64,000 nt of DNA from a virus. Below, in pieces: positions 46,314-55,913 of the stretch. The notes under the pieces were generated by a model, which saw nothing but the letters and a program-made list of their open reading frames with translations, made no database searches and was not told where the DNA came from. The position numbers and the translations under genes are program-made. How positions within the stretch are numbered: the first letter of the stretch is position 1; every line of letters begins with the position of its first letter. The stretch covers positions 1 to 64,000 of the IMG/VR virus record IMGVR_UViG_3300008448_008004; one strand, given 5' to 3'.

Positions 46314-46541
46314 ATGAATAATATGAAAGCACTATTAGACGATTATTTAAAAAAAGATACAAGAGTTACTCAAAAAGATGCGGGTAATGGGTATCAGGAA
46401 GTTTGTGACTTAGACACAGGCGATTGTTATACTATCAGAATGAAAGATGGTTTAATTGAAAGAGTGGATAATACCATGAAAACAAATAGAACATTAAGAG
46501 TCGAAACTCCACAAGGAGTTAAAACATTACTAAACGGTTAA
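46314..46541 (+). CDS. Hypothetical protein
   Basis: 75 aa, EVCDLDTGDC motif, preceded by TATTTAT. Confidence 0.7.
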   Translation: MNNMKALLDDYLKKDTRVTQKDAGNGYQEVCDLDTGDCYTIRMKDGLIERVDNTMKTNRTLRVETPQGVKTLLNG

Positions 46542-46551
46542 GAATATAAAA

Positions 46552-47241
46552 ATGAGTATAGAAAGAAAAATTTTAGAAGAATTAAAACGTTTTAACCAAA
46601 TTAATTCATACATTCTTAATGAACAACCCGAACCACCGGCACCTGAAGGTGATTTACCACCAGCGCCCGAAGCGGGAGCACCGGCACCTGATGCAGGAGC
46701 AGCACCGGCACCTGATGCAGGGGCGGCACCGGCACCTGATGCGGGAGCAGCACCAGCAGGGGGAGAGGCTATTCCTGAACCTGTTGATATTGAAAATGAC
46801 CCTGATGTTGAAGAAGTGGGTGGAGAAGCAAAAGGTGGTGAAGATGAAGAATCAGAAGAAATTGATATTACGGACCTTGTAACATCACAACAAGAAATAC
46901 AAGCTAAACAAGATGAGTTCATGGATAGTATGTTTTCTAAACTTGATGATTTAGCATCTAAGTTAGAGAACATGGACCAAATAATGAATAAGATAAATGA
47001 TTTGGAATCTAAATTTGATAAATACAGAGAAAAAACACCTGAAGAAAAATTGATGTTACGTTCTTTGGACTCTTATCCATATAATCAAAAACTAACTGAT
47101 TTTTTTGATGACAAAAAAGATGAAATGGAAGAAACAGGAAAAAATGAATATGTATTAACTTCAGATGAGGTTGAGAATTTTTCACCTAACGAAGTTAAAA
47201 AAACATTTAACATTTACGATAATGAAGAAGACAATATGTAA
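46552..47241 (+). CDS. Acidic Pro/Ala-repeat coiled-coil protein, possibly a prohead core/scaffold
   Basis: Basic N-helix ending ILNE, GAAPAPDA repeats, acidic tract, heptad region. Confidence 0.6.
   Translation: MSIERKILEELKRFNQINSYILNEQPEPPAPEGDLPPAPEAGAPAPDAGAAPAPDAGAAPAPDAGAAPAGGEAIPEPVDIENDPDVEEVGGEAKGGEDEESEEIDITDLVTSQQEIQAKQDEFMDSMFSKLDDLASKLENMDQIMNKINDLESKFDKYREKTPEEKLMLRSLDSYPYNQKLTDFFDDKKDEMEETGKNEYVLTSDEVENFSPNEVKKTFNIYDNEEDNM
46672..46760 (+). repeat. 24-nt tandem repeat, about 3.5 copies
   Basis: GCACCGGCACCTGATGC(A/G)GG(A/G)GC(A/G) encoding APAPDAGA. Confidence 0.9.
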
Positions 47242-47267
47242 TTTTACACATAATTTTTAATATAAAT

Positions 47268-47296
47268 AAAGGGGGCGTTTGTCCCCTTTTTTATTT
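47268..47296 (+). terminator. Intrinsic terminator
   Basis: AAAGGGGGC-GTTT-GTCCCCTTT-TTTATTT. Confidence 0.8.
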
Positions 47297-47324
47297 GACA
47301 AACTTGAATATTCACCTATATTTG
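47294..47324 (+). promoter_or_regulatory. Bacteroidota-type housekeeping-sigma promoter for the replication block
   Basis: TTTG(ACA)-N19-TATATTTG is an exact TAnnTTTG -7 element with a -33 TTTG. Confidence 0.75.
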
Positions 47325-47359
47325 TTGTAGATAAAAGAGTAATAATTAAAAATTTATTT

Positions 47360-48214
47360 ATGGCAAATTCAGTATTAGATTCAGTACTAGCACAGTACGA
47401 AAAGAACGCGACCACATCAAGTTCGCAAAAATCAAACATCTCACAAGAAGACAGATTGAAAAAGTATTTTTCAGCTATTCTTCAAAAGAATGAAAAATCC
47501 GCATCTCGTAGAATCCGTATCTTACCTACAAAAGATGGTTCTTCACCATTTGTTGAAGTGTGGTATCACGAAATTCAAGTAAACGGACAATGGGTTAAGT
47601 TGTATGACCCCGATAAAAATGACAACCAACGTTCACCATTGACTGAAGTTTATAATGAACTAATTTCGACAGGTAAGAAAGAGGATAAAGAATTGGCATC
47701 TCAGTACCGTTCACGTTTATTTTACATTGTAAAAGTAATTGACCGTGACAACGAACAAGACGGTGTTAAATTTTGGAGATTCAAACACAACTACAAACAA
47801 GAAGGAGTGTTAGATAAAATCTTACCAATTTGGAAAGCTAAAGGTGACGTTACAGATGCTGAAAAAGGACGTGATTTAATCATCGAACTTACAAAGGCAA
47901 AAACACCACAAGGAAAAGAATACACGGTTATTCAAACAATCATGTATGATGACCCTCAACCACTTCACGAAGATAAAGGAATTATGGAAGGATGGCTCCA
48001 AGATGAACTTACGTGGAATGATGCGTATTCAAAAAAACCTGTAGAATACTTAGAGGCAGTTGCAGTTGGCGAAACTCCAATTTGGTCTTCTGAACTTAAA
48101 AAGTATGTATACGGAGAAGAAGCAGAAATCTCACTTGGGGGGACAAAACAAGAAACACCTGCTCCTGCAGACCCACAAGCAAATGACGAACCTGCAGAAG
48201 ATTTGCCATTCTAA
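47360..48214 (+). CDS. Single-stranded DNA-binding protein (gp32-like)
   Basis: RIRILP....PF....YH, Y..R..Y..VIDRD...GVKFW, D...GRD..I, acidic tail ending EDLPF. The start is ATG 47360; the track start at 47279 lies in the terminator. Confidence 0.85.
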   Translation: MANSVLDSVLAQYEKNATTSSSQKSNISQEDRLKKYFSAILQKNEKSASRRIRILPTKDGSSPFVEVWYHEIQVNGQWVKLYDPDKNDNQRSPLTEVYNELISTGKKEDKELASQYRSRLFYIVKVIDRDNEQDGVKFWRFKHNYKQEGVLDKILPIWKAKGDVTDAEKGRDLIIELTKAKTPQGKEYTVIQTIMYDDPQPLHEDKGIMEGWLQDELTWNDAYSKKPVEYLEAVAVGETPIWSSELKKYVYGEEAEISLGGTKQETPAPADPQANDEPAEDLPF

Positions 48215-48222
48215 ATTTTATC

Positions 48223-48260
48223 AAAGCATGGATACCTTGCAAGTGTCCATGCTTTTTTTA
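48223..48260 (+). terminator. Intrinsic terminator after SSB
   Basis: AAAGCATGGATAC-CTTGCAA-GTGTCCATGCTTT-TTTTA. Confidence 0.8.
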
Positions 48261-48281
48261 TTAACTAATTAAAACAAAAAC

Positions 48282-48503
48282 ATGAAACCAATTATTGCAG
48301 AAAAACTAAAAGACGCTTTAATCAAAAAGTATGAAGCAGAGATTGCTGACGCTGAAGCACGTTTATATGTTTATTTTACAAACCCTGTTGGAATTGGAGA
48401 ACATCCACAACACACAGAAGAAATGGACAATTTGGTTGGACAACTTACCGACGCAAAAGATAAGTTAGAAACCATAACAGAATTTAAATTATACGAATTA
48501 TAA
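48282..48503 (+). CDS. Conserved small phage protein
   Basis: YEAEIA.A...VY..NPVGIGEHP pattern, recognised from T4-like aquatic phages. Confidence 0.7.
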   Translation: MKPIIAEKLKDALIKKYEAEIADAEARLYVYFTNPVGIGEHPQHTEEMDNLVGQLTDAKDKLETITEFKLYEL

Positions 48504-48504
48504 T

Positions 48505-49512
48505 ATGGCCATTAAGAAAAACGATTTCGGTTCATTAAAGAAAAAATTCTCCACATCGGCGAAGTATAAACCACAAAGATTTTTTGATTTGGGTTCTGAC
48601 TTCTTGGATGCGGTTGGTTTACCAGGTCCCGCTATTGGACACCTTAATATGTTGTTAGGTCACTCTGACACAGGAAAAACTACAGCATTAGTTAAAACTG
48701 CGGTTGATGCACAAAAGAAAGGTATTCTACCTGTATTCATTATTACAGAACAGAAGTGGTCTTTTGAACACGCAAAACTAATGGGGTTTGAATGTGAAGA
48801 AGTGGTTGACGAAGAAACGGGTGAACTTGATTGGGACGGATTTTTTATATTCAACAACAATTTTGAATACATCGAACAAATTACAGATTATATTAATAGT
48901 TTGTTAGATGCTCAAGAAAAGGGTGAATTAGAATATTCATTATGTTTCTTATGGGATTCAGTAGGGTCTGTTCCTTGTAAGATGACTTATGAAGGTAAAG
49001 GTGGTAAACAACACAACGCATCAACATTGGCCGACAAAATTGGTATGGGTATCAACCAACGTATTTCGGGGTCTCGTAAATCAGATTCTAAATACGAAAA
49101 TACCTTAATCATTGTTAATCAACCATGGGTGGAATTACCTGACAATCCGTTCGGTCAACCCAAAATTAAAGCAAAAGGTGGTGAAGCAATTTGGTTAAAC
49201 TCATCGTTAGTGTTCTTGTTCGGAAATCAAAAAGGTGCGGGCACAACTAAGATTACAGCAACTAAAGACAAACGAACAGTTAAGTTTGCTACAAGAACAA
49301 AAGTATCTGTTATGAAAAACCACATCAACGGACTTGGGTTTGAAGATGGTAGAATTATCGTAACGCCACACGGGTTCTTACCGGGTAAAGATACTACAGA
49401 GGAGAAAGCTTCCGTAGAAAAGTATAAGAAAGAATATGCTGAGTATTGGAAGGAAATAATCGGAGTTGATGGTGACTTTGATTTGAAAACAGAAAAAGAA
49501 GAAGTAGAGTAG
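48505..49512 (+). CDS. uvsX: RecA/UvsX-like recombinase
   Basis: GHSDTGKT (Walker A), FLWDSVG (Walker B), IIVNQ, KGGEAI, KNH. Confidence 0.88.
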   Translation: MAIKKNDFGSLKKKFSTSAKYKPQRFFDLGSDFLDAVGLPGPAIGHLNMLLGHSDTGKTTALVKTAVDAQKKGILPVFIITEQKWSFEHAKLMGFECEEVVDEETGELDWDGFFIFNNNFEYIEQITDYINSLLDAQEKGELEYSLCFLWDSVGSVPCKMTYEGKGGKQHNASTLADKIGMGINQRISGSRKSDSKYENTLIIVNQPWVELPDNPFGQPKIKAKGGEAIWLNSSLVFLFGNQKGAGTTKITATKDKRTVKFATRTKVSVMKNHINGLGFEDGRIIVTPHGFLPGKDTTEEKASVEKYKKEYAEYWKEIIGVDGDFDLKTEKEEVE

Positions 49513-49533
49513 TAACAATTAAAAAACAAAAAA

Positions 49534-50541
49534 GTGACAAAAACCTTATTGGTTGATGGAAACAATTTAATTAAAATTGGTTTTCATGGTGTGAAAGATT
49601 ACTTTCACAACGGGCAACATATTGGTGCTATTTGGCACTTTTTAAATACTTTAAGAAAGTTCATAGATGAAAATAACTATAACAAAGTAGTTGTATTTTG
49701 GGATAGTGAAACTAATTCGTCACAAAGAAGACTTATATACCCTAAATATAAGTTAAATCGACGTGAACCATCTAATGAGTATAAAGAAGAATCTTGTGAA
49801 GGTCAAAAACAACGAGTTAAACAATATCTTGAAGAGATGTTTGTAAGACAAGTTCAAGTTGAACATTCTGAGGCCGATGATTTAATTGCTTATTATTGTC
49901 AGATTTCTGAAGACGAGGATAAAACTATATTCTCAAGTGATAGAGACCTTACACAATTAATTTCTGAAAAGGTATCTATCTATTCACCATCCACAAAAAG
50001 ATATTATAAGATGGGGGACACTATTAAAATGAGTGATTTTGAAGTTCCCCATTATAATGTCAAAACAATCAAAATTCTTACTGGAGATAGTTCAGACAAC
50101 ATTGACGGTATTTTCTATTTGGGTGAAAAAACATTATTCAAGTTTTTTCCTGAGTTACTTGAAAATCACGTTGAATTGTCCGATATTTTGTCTAAAGGAG
50201 AAGAGTTACTTAAAGAAAATAAAGATAACAAATCATTACAAAATCTTTTATCGGGAAAGACAAAAGAAGGTGTTTTTGGTGAAGAGTTTTATGTCATTAA
50301 CAAAAAACTTGTAGACCTAAGTGAACCTTTGATAAATGAAGAGGGTAAAGAACTTGTTCAATCGTATTATTCAGAATCATTAGACCCTGATGGGAGAGGT
50401 TATAAGAATCTTATTCGAATGATGATGGAAGATGGATTATTCAAATACTTACCAAAGAGTGATGATAGTTGGGTTTATTTTTTAAAACCATTTTTAAAGT
50501 TAACAAGAAAAGAAAAGTCAAAATTCAAAAACAAAAAGTAA
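49534..50541 (+). CDS. 5'-3' exonuclease/flap endonuclease (T4 RNase H/PolI-N-like)
   Basis: LLVDGNNL, VFWD, YPKYK.NR, EADDLIA, SSDRDL.QL, LTGDSSDNI.GI..LGEKT. Confidence 0.92.
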   Translation: MTKTLLVDGNNLIKIGFHGVKDYFHNGQHIGAIWHFLNTLRKFIDENNYNKVVVFWDSETNSSQRRLIYPKYKLNRREPSNEYKEESCEGQKQRVKQYLEEMFVRQVQVEHSEADDLIAYYCQISEDEDKTIFSSDRDLTQLISEKVSIYSPSTKRYYKMGDTIKMSDFEVPHYNVKTIKILTGDSSDNIDGIFYLGEKTLFKFFPELLENHVELSDILSKGEELLKENKDNKSLQNLLSGKTKEGVFGEEFYVINKKLVDLSEPLINEEGKELVQSYYSESLDPDGRGYKNLIRMMMEDGLFKYLPKSDDSWVYFLKPFLKLTRKEKSKFKNKK

Positions 50542-50545
50542 AATT

Positions 50546-50998
50546 ATGAAAGAACAAAACGACGTAACAAAAGTTGAATTTCTTATAACACTAAATGATA
50601 ATTTCGTGGTTCAAAGATTTTTTAACGTTAAAGGTTATAATCCTAAAACAAAAGGAAGTGTAGAATTGATAAACTACATGTATGGGCTAAGAGAAGATTT
50701 AAAAAACCAACTTCGCAACAAATGTGCGGTTTATATGTTGGAAAATAGATTTCAAATTGAAGAAGACTCAAGTGTTTTAGAAACATCAAATACAGACGGT
50801 CCTGAAAGATTTAACATTATTTTAAGAATCGGAAATGAGACAATTTGTCATTATATTATTGACGCTAAATTATACCCCCCAAAGGTAAGATATACGCTGG
50901 ATGTAAGACCATCAATAAAAAACATATTGAAGAACCTTACTGACATTTTTTCAGCTAAAAATTTATCTTACAACTATATGAATTATTCGTTAATCTAA
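50546..50998 (+). CDS. Hypothetical protein
   Basis: 150-aa ORF inside the replication operon. Confidence 0.7.
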   Translation: MKEQNDVTKVEFLITLNDNFVVQRFFNVKGYNPKTKGSVELINYMYGLREDLKNQLRNKCAVYMLENRFQIEEDSSVLETSNTDGPERFNIILRIGNETICHYIIDAKLYPPKVRYTLDVRPSIKNILKNLTDIFSAKNLSYNYMNYSLI

Positions 50999-51038
50999 TC
51001 ATATTTATCATATACAACAATTAAAAAAATCAAAAAAT

Positions 51039-52427
51039 ATGTCAGATAAAAAAAGCTTTGGATACCTGGGAAACACTTTTCAAATTCAATTATTGAATAA
51101 CATTATACTATATAAAGATTTCTCAAATTCCATCCTTGAAGTTATCGACCCACACTATTTTGACAACCAATATTTTAGAATTATTTGTCAAATGATTAAG
51201 GAATATTATTCCAAATATGAACATACCCCAACCTTTGATACATTAGAGCAGTTAACAAAATCGGAGGTTTCATCACCAATGGCTCAAAAAAGTATTTTAG
51301 ATACCTTAGACCAAGTAAAAAACGTATCAGACGAAGGTTCAATGTTTGTTCAAGAAAAGTCACTTAAATTCTGTAAACAACAAGAACTACAGAAAGTTAT
51401 GACTAAAGCCCAATCAATTATTGATAAAGGTGAATTTGAAAGTTATGACCACTTAGAAGAAATGGTTAGAGGAGCGTTACAAGTTGGTGAAGTAGATAAA
51501 GGGACAACCGATGTTTTCTTCAACCTTGATGAGGTTTTAGATGACGATTATAGACACCCCATTCCAATTGGAGTTCCAGGTATTGACAATCTTCTTCGTG
51601 GCGGTTTGGCAAAAGGAGAAATTGGTGTTATCTTAGCACCCACAGGTGTAGGTAAATCAACTTTCACTACAAAAATTGCTAACCATGCATTTAATTTAGG
51701 TTATAATGTTTTACAAGTGTTTTTTGAGGATAACCCAAAAATCATACAAAGAAAACATATTACACTTTGGACTGGAATGCATCCTGATGATTTAACTGAA
51801 AACAGAGATGATGTAGTAGAAAAAGTTAGACACATTCAATCAACTATGAAAAATAAGTTGATATTGAAAAAGTTACCTTCGGATACGGTAACAATGAACC
51901 AAATAAAAAATCAAGTTAGAAAAATGATAGCCGAAGGAACAAAGATTGATGTTATCATTTTAGACTATATTGATTGTGTGGTTCCTGATAAAATGTTAAG
52001 TGATGAGTGGAAAAGTGAAGGTTCAGTAATGAGAGCATTTGAGGCTATGTGTCATGAATTAGATATTGCCGGTTGGACTGCAACTCAGGGTAATAGAAAT
52101 TCAATATCATCTGAAGTTGTTACTACAGACCAAATGGGTGGGTCAATTAAAAAGGCACAAGTGGGTCACGTAATTATAACTGTCGCTAAAAGTTTACAAC
52201 AAAAAGAAATGAACTTAGCGACGATAGCAATTACAAAATCAAGAATTGGAAAAGACGGTATTGTCTTTGAAAACTGTAAGTTTGATAATGCAATGCTTGA
52301 TATAGACACAGAACAAAGTGTAACGTTCTTAGGTTTAGAAGAACAAAAAGAAGAAAAAAATAGAAATAGAGTTCGAGAGCTTTTAGAAAAGAAAAAGCAG
52401 AAAGAACAAGAATCAAAAAGTAATTAA
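51039..52427 (+). CDS. dnaB: Replicative DnaB-like helicase (gp41-like)
   Basis: GGLAKGE...[29 protein letters not shown]. Confidence 0.9.
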   Translation: MSDKKSFGYLGNTFQIQLLNNIILYKDFSNSILEVIDPHYFDNQYFRIICQMIKEYYSKYEHTPTFDTLEQLTKSEVSSPMAQKSILDTLDQVKNVSDEGSMFVQEKSLKFCKQQELQKVMTKAQSIIDKGEFESYDHLEEMVRGALQVGEVDKGTTDVFFNLDEVLDDDYRHPIPIGVPGIDNLLRGGLAKGEIGVILAPTGVGKSTFTTKIANHAFNLGYNVLQVFFEDNPKIIQRKHITLWTGMHPDDLTENRDDVVEKVRHIQSTMKNKLILKKLPSDTVTMNQIKNQVRKMIAEGTKIDVIILDYIDCVVPDKMLSDEWKSEGSVMRAFEAMCHELDIAGWTATQGNRNSISSEVVTTDQMGGSIKKAQVGHVIITVAKSLQQKEMNLATIAITKSRIGKDGIVFENCKFDNAMLDIDTEQSVTFLGLEEQKEEKNRNRVRELLEKKKQKEQESKSN

Positions 52428-52440
52428 TTTAAATTTTATT

Positions 52441-53388
52441 ATGGAAAAAATATTAACAGAAAATCCTGGTCGGTTCGTTATCTTCCCAATTGAACACAAT
52501 GATATATGGGAATTTTACAAACAACACCAAGCAGCGTTTTGGACCGCTGAAGAAATCGATTTAACAAATGACATCAGAGATTGGGAATCTCTTACTGAGA
52601 ATGAACAATATTTTGTTAAAAATGTTTTATCATTTTTTGCGGCATCTGATGGTATCGTAAATGAAAATTTAGCCGAAAACTTTTATAGAGAGGTTCAATA
52701 CCCTGAGGCTAAATTCTTTTATGGGATGCAATTAGCAATGGAAAACATTCACTCACTTATGTATTCATTATTGATTGACACTTACATCAATAATCCAAAA
52801 GAAAAGGATGAATGTTTTAACGCGATTGATAGATTACCTGCAGTTCAAAAGAAAGCTAAGTGGGCTTTAGAGTGGATTGAAAATGCTTCGTTTGCTGAAA
52901 GATTAGTTGCGTTCGCCGCGGTTGAAGGTATCTTTTTTTCAGGTTCATTCTGTTCAATCTTTTGGTTGAAATCAAGAGGTATTATGCAAGGACTATGTAA
53001 CGCTAACTCACTTATTTTTAAAGATGAAAATTTACATTGTGATTTTGCAATTCACTTATTGAATAATCACGTAGAAAAAAGACCATCAGAAAAAAGAATA
53101 AAAGAAATTATTTTGTCAGCTTTAGAAATTGAAAAAGAATTTATCACAGAATCTCTACCTGTTTCTTTAATTGGTATGAATTCTAATTTAATGAAACAAT
53201 ATTTGGAATTTGTTGTTGATGGATTATTAGTTAAGTTAGGTTGTTCTAAAGAATTTAACGTTGAACAACCCTTTAAATTCATGGAACAAATCGCTGTGGA
53301 AACAAAAGGTAATTTCTTTGAGTCTAGAACAGTTGAATACCAAAAAGCGAAGTTAAACGAAACCATAACATTTACAGACGATTTTTAA
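52441..53388 (+). CDS. nrdB: Ribonucleotide reductase class Ia beta subunit
   Basis: [51 protein letters not shown]. Confidence 0.97.
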   Translation: MEKILTENPGRFVIFPIEHNDIWEFYKQHQAAFWTAEEIDLTNDIRDWESLTENEQYFVKNVLSFFAASDGIVNENLAENFYREVQYPEAKFFYGMQLAMENIHSLMYSLLIDTYINNPKEKDECFNAIDRLPAVQKKAKWALEWIENASFAERLVAFAAVEGIFFSGSFCSIFWLKSRGIMQGLCNANSLIFKDENLHCDFAIHLLNNHVEKRPSEKRIKEIILSALEIEKEFITESLPVSLIGMNSNLMKQYLEFVVDGLLVKLGCSKEFNVEQPFKFMEQIAVETKGNFFESRTVEYQKAKLNETITFTDDF

Positions 53389-53398
53389 ATTATAAACT

Positions 53399-55828
53399 AT
53401 GTCATTAAAAATTAATAAAAGAGGAGGGGAAAGTGCTTCATTTAACCCACAAAAAATTTACAATAGAGTAAAACGTGCGGCAAAAAGCCTTAGCGTAAAC
53501 TCCGATGAAATATTCATCAAAGTGATAACGTCAGTACCAACTGAGGGTGAGATTACAACAAAAGAGTTGGATAAATTGATATATGAAATCGCTGCATCAT
53601 ATACTGGTAGTCACCACGACTATTCCAGATTGGCATCATCAGTTGCTATTTCATCATATCATAAAGAAACAAATGATAGTTTTTCACAAACTATGATGTT
53701 ACTATATGAGGATGGTGTTGTTAATGAAAAATTAATTGAAACAATTAAAGAATATGGTGAAGACACTATTGACGCAGTTATCAACCATGAAAATGACTAT
53801 AATTTTGATTACTTTGCTTGGCGTTCATTACAAGAAATGTATTTGTTAAAAAGACCAAACGGACAAGTAATTGAAAGACCTCAACATATGTATATGAGAG
53901 TTGCTTTATGGGTTACGGATTCTTTTGAGGCTGCCGCTGAATATTATAAATCGTTGTCCAACCAATTGATTTCAAAGGCAACCCCAATCATGATTAATGC
54001 TGGAACTAAGGTTCCCCAACTTGCTTCTTGTGTATTACATTATAATAATTCAGATTCAAGAGACGGTTTACTTGGAACACTTAATGATATATCAACATTC
54101 TCATCAGACGCTGCAGGTATTGGTTTATCCATGTCTAACATCAGAAGTAAAGAAAGTAGAATTTCATCATCAGGTGGTTATGCAGGAGGATTGTTAAAAT
54201 ATTTAAAAATTGTTAATGAGTCATTAAGATACTTTAACCAACAAGGAAGAAGACCGGGAAGTGCTGCGATATACATCGAACCATGGCACAAAGACATTAT
54301 TGATTTATTAGATATTAAAAAGAACACAGGTGCTGAAGAATTAAGAGCTCGTGATTTATTTACAGCAATTTGGATTCCCGATAACTTTATGAGAGCGGTA
54401 AAAAATAATTCAGATTGGTATTTGTTTTGCCCTAATGACATCATTAAGGCCGGTTTAAAACCTTTACAAGAATGTTACGGAGAGGAATATGAAGAAATGT
54501 ATAATAGAGCAGTTCAAATGGGGTTAGGTAAAAAAGTATCTGCTCAAACTATTTGGAGTAAAATTATTGAATCACAAATTGAAACTGGTGTTCCTTATTT
54601 ATGTTCTAAAGATAATGCTAATAAAAAAACCAATCATCAAAATATTGGTGTAATTAAACAATCCAATCTTTGTAATGAGATTTACCAATATACCGACGAA
54701 AAGACGACAGCGATTTGTACTCTTTCATCTATGGTCCTTAAAAACTTTGTTGAGGGCGGTAAATTTAACTTTGAGTTGTTATTTAACGAAGTTAGAAAAG
54801 TTGTTAGAGCTTTGAATAAAGTTGTTGATATTAATAACTATTCAACTGAAAAAGGTAGAAAGGGTGGTTTAGAACAAAGAGCAATCGCGATTGGAACTCA
54901 AGGTTTAGCCGATGTATTCTATTTAATGGATTATATATTCACATCAGAGGAAGCTAAAAAATTAAATAAAGATATTTTTGAAACTATCTATTATGCCGCT
55001 ATTTTTGAAAGTAACCAACTTTGTAAAGAAGGTAAGTATCAACAATACACATACTTCAATAATTCACCAATGTCAAAAGGTATTTTCCAATATGATATGT
55101 GGGGATTAAATGAAGACAATCTTTCAGGAATGTGGGATTGGGATAAGTTAAAAGAAAATGTTAAAGAACATGGAATTTGTAATTCATTATTCACCGCTCA
55201 AATGCCGGTAGCGTCTTCTGCTAAGATTACAGGTTCATTTGAAATGACCGAACCTGCACACTCGGCGTTATTTAATAGAAGAGTTGTGGGTGGTGAAATT
55301 ATGATTGTTAACAAATACCTTATTAATGACTTTGAAAAAATTGGTATTTGGTGTGAGGATTTGAAAAATGAAATAATCATCAACGAAGGGTCAATTCAGA
55401 ATATCAACTTCAATAATTACTTAGATAGTGAAGATAAAAATTACAATAAAAAAGTTAAACGAATTGAACATTTAATACCTAAATACAAAACTATTTGGGA
55501 GATTTCACAAAAACAACTTATTGATATGGCAGCCGACAGAGCACCATTTATCGACCAATCCCAATCGATGAATATTTACATGGCTAACCCAACATTATCA
55601 AAGATTACCTCATCTCACTTTCATGCATGGGAAAGAGGATTAAAAACACTTTGTTATTATGTTAGAACGAAGGCTATTTCAACGGGAGCAAAACATTTAG
55701 CTTTGGATATGTCAAAAAAAGAAAAACCAAAAGTTAAATTCGAAACACCAACGGTAGATTATTCAAATATAAATTTACCACCAAAACCTGAAAATTCAGA
55801 TTTCGATTGTTTTGGTTGTTCTTCTTAA
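53399..55828 (+). CDS. nrdA: Ribonucleotide reductase class Ia alpha subunit with ATP cone
   Basis: N-terminal INKRGG..F...KI; ERPQ, ATP..INAG...QLASC, QSNLCNEI, MPVAS, LKT..YY, C-terminal CFGCSS. Confidence 0.97.
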   Translation: MSLKINKRGGESASFNPQKIYNRVKRAAKSLSVNSDEIFIKVITSVPTEGEITTKELDKLIYEIAASYTGSHHDYSRLASSVAISSYHKETNDSFSQTMMLLYEDGVVNEKLIETIKEYGEDTIDAVINHENDYNFDYFAWRSLQEMYLLKRPNGQVIERPQHMYMRVALWVTDSFEAAAEYYKSLSNQLISKATPIMINAGTKVPQLASCVLHYNNSDSRDGLLGTLNDISTFSSDAAGIGLSMSNIRSKESRISSSGGYAGGLLKYLKIVNESLRYFNQQGRRPGSAAIYIEPWHKDIIDLLDIKKNTGAEELRARDLFTAIWIPDNFMRAVKNNSDWYLFCPNDIIKAGLKPLQECYGEEYEEMYNRAVQMGLGKKVSAQTIWSKIIESQIETGVPYLCSKDNANKKTNHQNIGVIKQSNLCNEIYQYTDEKTTAICTLSSMVLKNFVEGGKFNFELLFNEVRKVVRALNKVVDINNYSTEKGRKGGLEQRAIAIGTQGLADVFYLMDYIFTSEEAKKLNKDIFETIYYAAIFESNQLCKEGKYQQYTYFNNSPMSKGIFQYDMWGLNEDNLSGMWDWDKLKENVKEHGICNSLFTAQMPVASSAKITGSFEMTEPAHSALFNRRVVGGEIMIVNKYLINDFEKIGIWCEDLKNEIIINEGSIQNINFNNYLDSEDKNYNKKVKRIEHLIPKYKTIWEISQKQLIDMAADRAPFIDQSQSMNIYMANPTLSKITSSHFHAWERGLKTLCYYVRTKAISTGAKHLALDMSKKEKPKVKFETPTVDYSNINLPPKPENSDFDCFGCSS

Positions 55829-55901
55829 TCACGACACTAATCCCGACACTATGTCGGGATTTTTTATTTAATAACTATTTATTGAAAATATCACGACACT
55901 A
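55828..55901 (+). repeat. Three copies of the 12-mer ATC(A/C)CGACACTA
   Basis: Copies at 55828-55839, 55840-55851 and 55890-55901. Confidence 0.8.
55839..55869 (+). terminator. Intrinsic terminator after nrdA
   Basis: AATCCCGACA-CTA-TGTCGGGATT-TTTTATTT. Confidence 0.85.
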
Positions 55902-55913
55902 TATTTATCTAAT

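Noticed and set aside
47261-47268. TATAAATA as a canonical T4 late promoter on the + strand
   Set aside because: It abuts a terminator stem; elsewhere TATAAATA on + consistently corresponds to TATTTAT ahead of minus-strand genes.
47279-47359. Track start for SSB at 47279, and similarly polB 16063 and 15639
   Set aside because: The SSB extension overlaps the terminator/promoter, 15639 overlaps the upstream gene and 16063 is a GTG; downstream ATGs (47360, 16099, 15657) have typical A/T-rich leaders.
16099-55828. Inteins, introns or homing endonucleases in polB, helicases or nrdA/nrdB
   Set aside because: ORFs are continuous and of ordinary length, with no intein splice motifs or LAGLIDADG/HNH inserts seen.
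52441-55828. Eukaryote-like RNR and SNF2 as evidence for a giant eukaryotic virus
   Set aside because: This RNR subtype also occurs in bacteria and their phages, and the sheath, tube and baseplate genes show a tailed phage.
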